From: a virus
Lineage: Duplodnaviria > Caudoviricetes
IMG/VR virus record: IMGVR_UViG_3300021387_001774
Location: 1-64,000 of that record
DNA: 64,000 nucleotides
Direction: 5' to 3' (one strand)
Part shown: piece after piece, positions 40,320 through 48,739 of the stretch
Numbering within the stretch: the stretch's first letter is position 1
Layout of the letters: each line of letters begins with the position of its first letter
Made by a program: the position numbers and the translations under genes
The notes under the pieces: model-generated
What the model was told of the DNA's origin: nothing
Seen by the model: only the letters and a program-made list of their open reading frames with translations
The model's database searches: none

Positions 40320-41280
40320 CACATAACTCATTCAATGAGCATGTTGACTATATCATCATCTCGTTAGAGATGCCAGGCACTTCGGAATACAGAGTTTCAC
40401 TGTAAACCTACTCTACTCGATTCATCTTTCGATGTCTTTCGATAGTCGATTAACCTTACTTATTTTTAGTATCAATAACAGTAAGTTTATTTTCTTTTGA
40501 AAATTTTGTATCAAAACCTATCGCCGTCAGACGTATATATTTATCTAATGTTGATGTAGATACAATATTTTCAAAATACTTTATGAGTTCTTGTCTACTC
40601 ATTTCTTTACCGTTGATAAATACTTTATAGCGAAATTTAGGATTTTTTGAACCTAGAAAAACACCATTAACTTTTAAAGTTTTTGATATTTTTTCAGATG
40701 TTGATTTTCGAAATTCATCATTATTCCATCGTTTAGAATTAGATAAAGAAACATTATTTAATCCTGTTTCTCTAGCGTGTTTATTATTATATTCCGCAGT
40801 ACACCATTCTAAATTTGAAAAATGATTATTCTTTTTATCTCCATCTATATGATTAACCTGAATTTTTATTTCTGGATTATCATTTTTACAAAAGAATTTA
40901 GCGACTAGACGATGGACTTTAAATCTAACGGGTTGTTTATTAATGGCTAATGTTACCTGTTCATATCCTTCTCTAGTTATATCAGGTTGTAAAAATTTAT
41001 TTGATAATTCGGAATATATTTTTCCAGTGTTATAAATCCTATAATCTCCAAATGTGTAATATTCTTTCATGTGAACCATCCTATATCACATTATTACACA
41101 TTATTTAAAAAATAAGTCTTGGCAAAGGATTACTTATTATAAATATAAGTTCCCCCTTTAGCATGAATATTAACTCATCATTTCCTATGAGAAACTAAGC
41201 GTTATTCACACACCTTACATTTGTAAGTTCACCTGGTTTTTCCATAGAATATCACTATTCTAGGCCACAATATTTTGTTT
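40320..41280 (-). mobile_element. Group I intron (IA2-like), 961 nt, in nrdD
   Basis: The 5' exon ends in U (CAU) and the intron ends in G. P1 CCAU/GUGG with U.G; P10 AUAUU/GAUAU; P3 CCAGG/CCUGG; P GCUAAAGGGGGAAC; Q AAUCCUUUGCCAAG; R AAUCGACUA; S GAUAUAGUC; extra P7.1/P7.2 stems. Splicing restores GIIHIH-DMDY. Confidence 0.92.
40456..41079 (-). CDS. Intron-encoded HNH homing endonuclease (NUMOD4/I-HmuI-like)
   Basis: YRIYNTGKIYS, KVHRLVA, VNHIDGDKKNNHFSNLEWCT..YN..H; looped out of P6a (ACTTATTTTT/AAAAATAAGT). Confidence 0.9.
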   Translation of the reverse strand: MVHMKEYYTFGDYRIYNTGKIYSELSNKFLQPDITREGYEQVTLAINKQPVRFKVHRLVAKFFCKNDNPEIKIQVNHIDGDKKNNHFSNLEWCTAEYNNKHARETGLNNVSLSNSKRWNNDEFRKSTSEKISKTLKVNGVFLGSKNPKFRYKVFINGKEMSRQELIKYFENIVSTSTLDKYIRLTAIGFDTKFSKENKLTVIDTKNK

Positions 41281-41769
41281 ATGGATGTGTATGATTCCAG
41301 CTTCATGAGCATCAACTAATTCTTTTGGGAATAGACGTTCTTTTGCATACCATTTAGAAACTTCTCCAGCCATATAATCACGCTGAGTAGGTAAAATAGT
41401 TGGATTCTTATTGGCGTTCTCTTGTTGTACTTCTTCATTATTACAATCGAGAATAGAACCAATCTTATTCAAGAACGTTTCACTTTGTCTATCGAGTTGA
41501 TGCTGATAACGATAAACAATGTAATTCTTTGCGAGTTTATATTTTCCTAATATGGAAATTTGAGTTTCGACGAAATCTTGAATTTCCTCTACATTATAAA
41601 CTCTATCACTATTACTCAAGGTATGAGTAATATGATCAACAATATGTTTGATTTGATCATCAGACAATTGTTCCGTTACACTAACACTTGTGTTAGCCTT
41701 CTTAAGAGCAGTAGTGATCTTGTTTGGATCATAACCTACTTCCACACCAGTTCGCTTTAAAATAACCAT
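41281..41769 (-). CDS. nrdD: Anaerobic ribonucleoside-triphosphate reductase, exon 1 (ATP cone)
   Basis: ILKRTG...KI..A ATP cone, VEEIQDFVE, ENANKN, QRDYMAGEVSK, AHEAGIIHIH; AAGGAG RBS. The spliced product is 740 aa. Confidence 0.93.
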
Positions 41770-41973
41770 AATGCGAAACTCCTTTATATTAAACAGAATT
41801 AATGACGTAAATAATGTATCAATCTTTTGTGTTCAGATGGATACATTATCTTGTTACTTAAAGAGTTATTTTTTAAAGGGTAAAAATTATTTATAAATAT
41901 TATTGTTATAAATTTTCATAATAAAAAATTATAAGATTCGGGATAAAAATCCCGAACCTATATTAATGTTCTT

Positions 41974-42429
41974 TTAAATTACCATACGATATAAATCGAT
42001 AATTAAATCAGATTCAATATCCCAAGGAGTCTGAAGATATATAATAACGTCTTTAAACTCCTTATTTTCTATAGTTTCTACAAATCCTTCTCTAAATTTA
42101 TTCAATAAATTATTCATGTATTCATTAGTTTTATCATAATGATTTGCTGGTCCAAATAAGTTTTCTCTAGCTACATTTTCTACAGGTTTGAATAGATCAT
42201 CAACTTGATTTATTTGAATAAATCTTGGTACTATAAATCTAGTACACTTACCATATGAAGTAATAACATTATTGAAAATTATCCCTTCTTTGATCAATAC
42301 AGGATCTTTTGAATCAGTGTATTGTTTATTATTTTCAAAGATATGATTCATATACTTAGCAATATATGAACCATACTTTTTAGATAGTTGTAAATCTACT
42401 TTCTGATAAACATTCATCGTATCCCTCAT
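41974..42429 (-). CDS. Hypothetical protein
   Basis: 151-aa ORF whose start overlaps the upstream stop (TAATG). Confidence 0.65.
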   Translation of the reverse strand: MRDTMNVYQKVDLQLSKKYGSYIAKYMNHIFENNKQYTDSKDPVLIKEGIIFNNVITSYGKCTRFIVPRFIQINQVDDLFKPVENVARENLFGPANHYDKTNEYMNNLLNKFREGFVETIENKEFKDVIIYLQTPWDIESDLIIDLYRMVI

Positions 42430-42650
42430 TATTCATTACCGTCTTTATCTTTTTTGAATTTAGCAAACTTGATTGCTCCATATATTAATACAATAAGAGC
42501 AATAATAGCTATTCCAATAATAGTAATATCTCTTACTAAAGTACTAATTATACCTTCAAAACTCAAAGTGATAACAACAGAGATTAAAGCAAACACCGCG
42601 ATCAAAACAATATACTTGATACTGCTTTTTAACAGATCTTTAATAGACAT
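42429..42650 (-). CDS. Small two-TM membrane protein
   Basis: 73 aa, two hydrophobic helices, charged C-terminus; GGAGG RBS. Confidence 0.65.
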   Translation of the reverse strand: MSIKDLLKSSIKYIVLIAVFALISVVITLSFEGIISTLVRDITIIGIAIIALIVLIYGAIKFAKFKKDKDGNE

Positions 42651-42670
42651 AGAAACACCTCCAAAGTGTA

Positions 42671-43204
42671 TTATATATTATTTTTCTTTCTTCCCCATAC
42701 AGCATTTAATTCTTCAAATGTATATTTAATAAAAACTATATAATAATTATCATTATGGTTATCACGCTTAATATAAATAGAACGGATACCATATTTCTTA
42801 TATAAATTTTCTATAATAGTTTTAGTATATTCGAAAGATTTAATATATTCAAACTTATAATCTTTTATATCATAATATTTCATACCACAATTATACAAAA
42901 TATTTATCAAATTAACTAATTTGCTATCAGGTATACAATCTGTAATACAATACATAGCCTTTATTCTAGAAATTGGTTTATCATTCTTTACACTACTATT
43001 TAAATACATTTTATAACTATATTCGAATTCTTCATGTTCATAAGATATTGAACTTTTTGTGCAAATATTTGGTCTTGTTAAAATATCCTCTATAAATAAT
43101 TCACACATGTCTTCAAACTTATTCCATTTTCTAGAAGGCGATTTCCTTTTACATGTTTTAAGTGGAATACTCATCCATTCTTTTGTTTCAGTTAAAATCC
43201 TCAT
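42671..43204 (-). CDS. Hypothetical protein, tandem paralog of 43201..43701
   Basis: Start 43204 overlaps the upstream TGA (ATGA); shares ILTETK, SRKWNxFEDMC, KAMYC, YGIRSIY and ELNAVWG. Confidence 0.7.
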   Translation of the reverse strand: MRILTETKEWMSIPLKTCKRKSPSRKWNKFEDMCELFIEDILTRPNICTKSSISYEHEEFEYSYKMYLNSSVKNDKPISRIKAMYCITDCIPDSKLVNLINILYNCGMKYYDIKDYKFEYIKSFEYTKTIIENLYKKYGIRSIYIKRDNHNDNYYIVFIKYTFEELNAVWGRKKNNI

Positions 43205-43701
43205 TTCTTTCCCCATACAGCATTTAATTCATCATAATCATAATTAATAAATACATCGTAACGATTATCAATTGAATCTGTTTTCTGTAAATATATTGAA
43301 CGAATACCATATCGTTTATACAGACTTTTTATTAAAGACTCAGTATATCCATATTTATAGTTTTCCATATGATAATATTTCTCACCGCATTCATACATAA
43401 TAGTTATTAAATCTATTACTTGATCGTTTGGTATACAATCCATAACACAATACATAGCCTTTAATCTAGTTATAGGATTATCGTTCTTTATACCATACAA
43501 AGATAGATTATATTTGAATAAAAATATATTCAATTCCTTTTTCAGTTCAAATTTAGTATTCATATGTGGTCTTGTTAATAGATCTTCTATAAATAGAGAG
43601 CACATATCTTCAAAATTATTCCATTTGCGAGATACAGTCTTCTTCTTTATTTTTCTAATCGGCATATGAACTAATTTTTTTGTTTCTGTTAATATCTTCA
43701 T
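43201..43701 (-). CDS. Hypothetical protein, tandem paralog of 42671..43204
   Basis: 166 aa; same motifs; directly downstream of the polymerase gene. Confidence 0.7.
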   Translation of the reverse strand: MKILTETKKLVHMPIRKIKKKTVSRKWNNFEDMCSLFIEDLLTRPHMNTKFELKKELNIFLFKYNLSLYGIKNDNPITRLKAMYCVMDCIPNDQVIDLITIMYECGEKYYHMENYKYGYTESLIKSLYKRYGIRSIYLQKTDSIDNRYDVFINYDYDELNAVWGKK

Positions 43702-43703
43702 GT

Positions 43704-45482
43704 TTATGCTCCAATCATCATCCTTTCAAAATCTTTTAATACATCTACTGTCTTAGGTAGATTGTATATCCTATTACAAAGTTCCACTATAGAAACGTCT
43801 GAGGTTTGTAATGCACTATTAAACTCTGCTCCACTCATAATATATCTATTATGCTCGTCAACTATTTGAAGTATTCTATACTTCTGATTCTCCTTTCCTA
43901 TTTTTCCTTGATTCATCAAAGATGGATAAAGTGATTTTGCATCATAATCAGCAACCATACGATAAATCTTAGTTCTTTTTCCATTTATAGTTAATGGTTT
44001 TACATCTAGAAGTTCTGTGTCTTGTACAACAGCTCCTTCAATAGATTCTTCAACACCATAATCTACAGTGTTACCAATAACCAAATTATGCTCCAGCATA
44101 TACATATAATACATATTTTTAATAACTATACTAACATTAACACCATTCCAGAAATCTGAGTTATCAGTTAACATTAAATAGTTTACTGAATCGTTATCTT
44201 TTTCTTCTATCTTTGCTAGCAATTTTGTATCACGACATGAATATTTAAGGAATAGTTTAAAATTCTTTACTGGAGCATTTCTAATAGTTAACCCAAATTC
44301 ATGAAGATTAACCTTATTAGCACCAATTACTTTCTCTGCAATTGCATCCAATCTATAAGATTTTTCTAGACCTCTTTTTCTTAGATTAGAATACAAAGAC
44401 ATTTGGTCTACAAACAATGTGTATCCTGGACATAAGGTTTTATCCCAATATCTAGAAGTATCAGTTTTAGCTTTCTTTCCTTTCTTTACAAACGGGTTAG
44501 CTGCTTTACGATCTGCAAATTCTATAAACTGGAATCTACGATATTGTTCTGGAATATCTGGATGGCACCATTCTTCAGATACATTTAATCCATAATGTTG
44601 CATACGTCCTATAATATATTTTTTATCGTAATTATCGTTCCATGCATATGCTATATCCGGTTTATCAGTATGAATCAAATTCATAAATCTTCTCATCATC
44701 ATAACTTCAGATTCAAAGAATTCAAAAATCAATTTAACATCTTTCATATCAGCAAAGTCTTCTGATATATATTCTCTAATATATTCATCAAGATTAGCTT
44801 TAACATCTTTTACATCTGGTGTATCTGGTAATTCCAATACAAGACAGAAGAAATGATTGAATTTAGTATTATAATATGTAATAACATTTATAGGTGCTAA
44901 TGGATTATTTTGATCAACCTTTTCTTTATATGCATAAATAAATGTTTCAATATCGTAGAATGATAGATTCATAACTTTTGGTGTAGCGTTACCATTCTCT
45001 AACATAAATTTACTTTTATAGAATTCTTCTATAGTAACTGAAGCTCCATAAATATATGGACTCTTATATACTTTTTCATTCATAAAATTATTAAACTCAT
45101 CTCTTGCTGCTACTGCTTGTTCCCATGTTGGATATCGTTTATTCATATTTGCTTTAAGTCGTTTATATTCATTCTCTATACCTAAATACTTACACATTTC
45201 TATATCTCTTTTAGAATACTCTACAACGTGAGTTTCTACTTTATCTTTATCGATATACATTTCATTATATGGATTACAATTAGCTTCATCAATGATTGTG
45301 TAAAATTCTATCGTTGGTCTTTCAATAAGTCTTAGAGAAGATGAATTAGTCTCATCATCTTTAATAACTTCGATCAAAACATCATCAGCTATCTTTTTCA
45401 TAGCAAATTGACCAGGTTCTGCATTTGGATCTGGTACCCATTGTGGTTTTATATAAATAGACTGTAAAAGATACTTGCTCAT
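43704..45482 (-). CDS. Family B DNA polymerase, N-terminal subunit (3'-5' exonuclease + motif A) of a split phiKZ/AR9-type polymerase
   Basis: ExoI FYDIET, ExoII AWNDNYDKKYI, SYRLDAIAE, ExoIII YSCRD, motif A DYDAKSLYPS; lacks KxxxNSxYG and DTDS. Confidence 0.88.
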   Translation of the reverse strand: MSKYLLQSIYIKPQWVPDPNAEPGQFAMKKIADDVLIEVIKDDETNSSSLRLIERPTIEFYTIIDEANCNPYNEMYIDKDKVETHVVEYSKRDIEMCKYLGIENEYKRLKANMNKRYPTWEQAVAARDEFNNFMNEKVYKSPYIYGASVTIEEFYKSKFMLENGNATPKVMNLSFYDIETFIYAYKEKVDQNNPLAPINVITYYNTKFNHFFCLVLELPDTPDVKDVKANLDEYIREYISEDFADMKDVKLIFEFFESEVMMMRRFMNLIHTDKPDIAYAWNDNYDKKYIIGRMQHYGLNVSEEWCHPDIPEQYRRFQFIEFADRKAANPFVKKGKKAKTDTSRYWDKTLCPGYTLFVDQMSLYSNLRKRGLEKSYRLDAIAEKVIGANKVNLHEFGLTIRNAPVKNFKLFLKYSCRDTKLLAKIEEKDNDSVNYLMLTDNSDFWNGVNVSIVIKNMYYMYMLEHNLVIGNTVDYGVEESIEGAVVQDTELLDVKPLTINGKRTKIYRMVADYDAKSLYPSLMNQGKIGKENQKYRILQIVDEHNRYIMSGAEFNSALQTSDVSIVELCNRIYNLPKTVDVLKDFERMMIGA

Positions 45483-45491
45483 TATTCCTCC

Positions 45492-46391
45492 TTAAATATC
45501 ATAGTATTTATACATGAAATATTCATATACATTATGTGGTAGTTCTATGTTAAAATATAATGTTGCTATATTACCTAATGGTGATTCAAATCGTTTAGTT
45601 ATCGTTCCTTTAACTATTTTCTTTTGCATAAAATCATTATGATAAATTGTAAATGGTTCATTATTTGCTCCATTTAATTTCATAGCTCCAATAGTTTTAT
45701 TTTTATTAAAGGCCTCTTCCCACGCATTTGGATCAAGAATAAGATACGAACAACATTCTTTATTATAATTTAGGAATATATCCGATACTCTATTTCTTCT
45801 AAATCCTAATGGTAGTATATATAAATTATATAAGAAATCTAACTTTTCAGAGTTTCGTATAAATAGTGTATTCTTATATTTTTCATCTTTATCATTATAA
45901 ATTATATCCATATTAAATAAGAATAAAGGTCCCGTATAAGATCTTTGTAATACTTCAAAATCATATATTTGCTCTTCTTTAATTGCTTTCAAAACAAATT
46001 TAGGGAAACAATAGAATGAATCTATACACATATCATATTTCAAATGACTATACCACATTAAATTCGATTTATCAGTAGAAATGTTCTTATTGACAAAATC
46101 ATAAGAACTTACTATAATTGGTACAGATACTCTATCATCTCCACAACTAAAGTAATTTTCGTCTTCTTCAGATATATGAAATGAATCTCTAGTAACAGTT
46201 GAAAATATCTTATAAAAATCAAATCTATCACCATTTGTAGGATCATGTGTAATAATTACTTCATATTCTCCGTTTATCCTTACAAATTGCATCAAACAAG
46301 GTGAATTAAGATTAAATTTACTTATAGCTGTACAGCATCGTTTTATCTTTTCTATTAATAATTTCTTATTTGGAATTGATTTAATACTCAT
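45492..46391 (-). CDS. Hypothetical protein heading the polymerase operon
   Basis: GGAGG RBS supports ATG 46391; about 300 aa. Confidence 0.65.
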   Translation of the reverse strand: MSIKSIPNKKLLIEKIKRCCTAISKFNLNSPCLMQFVRINGEYEVIITHDPTNGDRFDFYKIFSTVTRDSFHISEEDENYFSCGDDRVSVPIIVSSYDFVNKNISTDKSNLMWYSHLKYDMCIDSFYCFPKFVLKAIKEEQIYDFEVLQRSYTGPLFLFNMDIIYNDKDEKYKNTLFIRNSEKLDFLYNLYILPLGFRRNRVSDIFLNYNKECCSYLILDPNAWEEAFNKNKTIGAMKLNGANNEPFTIYHNDFMQKKIVKGTITKRFESPLGNIATLYFNIELPHNVYEYFMYKYYDI

Positions 46392-46425
46392 TAATTCCTC
46401 CAACAAAATAATTTAATACCAAATA

Positions 46426-46451
46426 CATTATAATTATATATAATTATAATG
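46426..46451. promoter_or_regulatory. Perfect 26-bp palindrome, bidirectional early-type promoter
   Basis: CATTATAATTATATATAATTATAATG is its own reverse complement; each strand reads AATTATATAT-N5-TAATG. Confidence 0.6.
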
Positions 46452-46460
46452 AGGTTTATT

Positions 46461-47438
46461 ATGAATAATATATCGATTATGTTTAACATGAATAAGATTA
46501 AGTATGATATACTTAATATGTACTTCGAAGAGAATGTAAAGAAAACAAATATAATCAACTATTTCTTTATTGATTTAGATTTTATATTAGCGAAATATAT
46601 GTATGCTTCAGAATGTAGTATAGAAGATTTTAATGAAGAAGCTTCTGATTTATTTATACTAGAAATACTAAATTTAATATCTCATTATAAACGATTTTTC
46701 TGTGAGAAAATTAATTCTAATGGTTTCTTTTATATAGGAATACCTGTTAAAAAATATAAGAAATACAAAACATTAAATGATATGATAGTTAAATTAAATA
46801 AACTATTAACAGTTATTCCTAAGATATACGTCTATTATTATGAAGATGATCATTATAATTATTGGTTAAAATATAATCTTATAAAGAATATTTGTTTTTA
46901 TAAACAAGGATCTAATGTAACACCAATAATATTTGACTTAGGTAAAATATATAGATCGGAGTTATTTTATATATTAACTAGAAATTATCATATTTTTAGA
47001 TATGACGGAAATAAACCATATTTATATAGTTTTAACGATTTTAAGAAAGAATATTTGACTGATATCGAGGATATTTATTTAAATAGTGTGATTTCATTAT
47101 TACCAGTATATGAAGCTTTAAATACATTAAATATAAATAAGAATGTACGAATTGATGATGTTATAATGAAATTTATAAAGAAACATCCTAGAGAAAACTT
47201 TAATTCATCAGAAACACAACAATTATTATTGAAAACATTTAGTTCTTCAAAGAAACTAGAGAAAAAATTAAATAGTATACTTCATAATATGAATAGTTAC
47301 GTTTATTCGAATATGAGTAAAACAGTAATGGAAAATTGGAAACACGTTATAAAAGACAATTCTATTTATCGAATAAACGAATCTTTGAAAATACCAGATG
47401 ATAAAAGAGTTAACATAGAAATACTGATGAAATATTAA
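46461..47438 (+). CDS. Hypothetical protein, possibly a degenerate PIN/5'-3' exonuclease-like fold
   Basis: FFIDLDFIL and ILNLISHYKRFF near the N-terminus; GAGG RBS supports ATG 46461. The fold call is weak. Confidence 0.45.
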   Translation: MNNISIMFNMNKIKYDILNMYFEENVKKTNIINYFFIDLDFILAKYMYASECSIEDFNEEASDLFILEILNLISHYKRFFCEKINSNGFFYIGIPVKKYKKYKTLNDMIVKLNKLLTVIPKIYVYYYEDDHYNYWLKYNLIKNICFYKQGSNVTPIIFDLGKIYRSELFYILTRNYHIFRYDGNKPYLYSFNDFKKEYLTDIEDIYLNSVISLLPVYEALNTLNINKNVRIDDVIMKFIKKHPRENFNSSETQQLLLKTFSSSKKLEKKLNSILHNMNSYVYSNMSKTVMENWKHVIKDNSIYRINESLKIPDDKRVNIEILMKY

Positions 47439-47443
47439 AAAAA

Positions 47444-47476
47444 AAATAAAGGTAGGATTATATCCTACCTTTATTT
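47444..47476. terminator. Bidirectional terminator
   Basis: AAATAAAGGTAGGAT-TAT-ATCCTACCTTTATTT. Confidence 0.75.
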
Positions 47477-47478
47477 AG

Positions 47479-48111
47479 TTAGCATTTAGAAGGTGATCGT
47501 TTCCAAGGTTTCCTTCTTTTCAAATATTCGTCTAACTGTTCCTGATCTTCATCAGTCCATACCATACCTGATAAAGCTACAGCTTCATCTTCTAGTATAG
47601 TACCATGACCGAGTTTTACCATAATTGACACTTTCAATGTTTCATCTTCTAGTTTCATTATAGTTAGATAATTCTTAATAGAAGAAAAATATTGAAAATA
47701 ATGATTATAATATCTAAAAACTCTATTAGATAATCTTACAAATTCACGATTATTTTCTCGATAATTTTTCCTGGTTTCATGAATTTTATCATAATTTTTT
47801 TCAATATATTCTTTCTTTTGCTCGCTTATTTTTTCTTTATTATTTTCATAATATTTTCTAGATTTTTCAGCTACTTTATCGCGATTCTTTTTATAATATT
47901 TTTTCTTTATTTCACTTAATTTCTCTTTATTATTTTCGCGATAGTTTTTATTATATTCAAGAATTTTATCGTGATCCTTTTCATATCGTTCTTTATATTG
48001 TTTAAATAACTTCACTTTATTCTTTTCATAATATTGTTTCCGACTTTCTTTAATTTGTTCTTTATGAGTCTCACGATATTTCTTCATGTACTCTCTTTTC
48101 TTCTCTGTCAT
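47479..48111 (-). CDS. Basic helical-repeat protein (early)
   Basis: About eight 15-aa repeats (K.YYE.NKEKI.E.) of the kind seen N-terminal to phage HNH nucleases, but no HNH motif. Confidence 0.65.
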   Translation of the reverse strand: MTEKKREYMKKYRETHKEQIKESRKQYYEKNKVKLFKQYKERYEKDHDKILEYNKNYRENNKEKLSEIKKKYYKKNRDKVAEKSRKYYENNKEKISEQKKEYIEKNYDKIHETRKNYRENNREFVRLSNRVFRYYNHYFQYFSSIKNYLTIMKLEDETLKVSIMVKLGHGTILEDEAVALSGMVWTDEDQEQLDEYLKRRKPWKRSPSKC

Positions 48112-48113
48112 AT

Positions 48114-48216
48114 TTCATTTCTTCCTTATGTTTATAGTAGTGTCATCTCTACTTCATTAATTATATTATTAATAAGATACAACGTATCTTTCATTAATAT
48201 AATATATAATTAAAAA
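48114..48216 (-). repeat. Early promoter + 5' stem-loop leader cassette, family A copy 2
   Basis: Near-identical to 2918-3016. Confidence 0.85.
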
Positions 48217-48276
48217 AAGAAAGGGTATTTAACCCTTTCTTTAATAATCATAAAGAACCTCCATTTTATTATCAAC

Positions 48277-48639
48277 TTATGACAGATCTAGATCTATTAT
48301 AGACTTACCTTTTACTTTTACAGATGATGTGTCTATTGTATCTTCTTTGTTATATTGATCTTCATTCCATTCCATTGTATGTTGTTCATGTTTTTTGATA
48401 TCTTTCATGACATCTGCTATTTCGTGTAAAGTTTCAGAAATAATCGTTGTTATTTTATCCATTCTTTTTGTATTTTCTTCTTTATTTTTTATTATAGTTT
48501 CCATTTTAATTTTTTCATTTTCAAAGAATTTATTGCCTAAATCGGTTATCTTTTCAAATTTTTCTTTTTCAAGATCAAGTTCTTTTTCTGTAAATTCAAT
48601 AGAACCAATAATCTTACCATTTTCATCTTTAAAAATCAT
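48277..48639 (-). CDS. Coiled-coil hypothetical protein, paralog of 62758..63255 (early)
   Basis: MIFKDENGKIIGSIEFTEKEL versus MIIKDKNGEVVGSVELSKDEM. Confidence 0.7.
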   Translation of the reverse strand: MIFKDENGKIIGSIEFTEKELDLEKEKFEKITDLGNKFFENEKIKMETIIKNKEENTKRMDKITTIISETLHEIADVMKDIKKHEQHTMEWNEDQYNKEDTIDTSSVKVKGKSIIDLDLS

Positions 48640-48660
48640 AACAATACCTCTGTAATAAAT

Positions 48661-48710
48661 AATAGTAGAGTTATTTCTAACTCTCCATTAATATAATATA
48701 TAATTAAAAA
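48661..48710 (-). repeat. Early promoter + GAAA-tetraloop leader cassette, family B copy 1
   Basis: 50 bp identical (inverted) to 62688-62737; hairpin AGAGTTA-GAAA-TAACTCT. Confidence 0.85.
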
Positions 48711-48739
48711 AAAGATGGGGAAATATTCCCCATCTTCTA

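Noticed and set aside
38586-41769. nrdD as a pseudogene or as two independent genes
   Set aside because: The group I core and exact splice junctions restore one continuous frame. MSYV and KQNIVA are intron-derived.
43704-45482. Truncated or pseudogenised DNA polymerase
   Set aside because: The start and stop are clean, the downstream gene is tightly packed, and split PolB is normal for this lineage.
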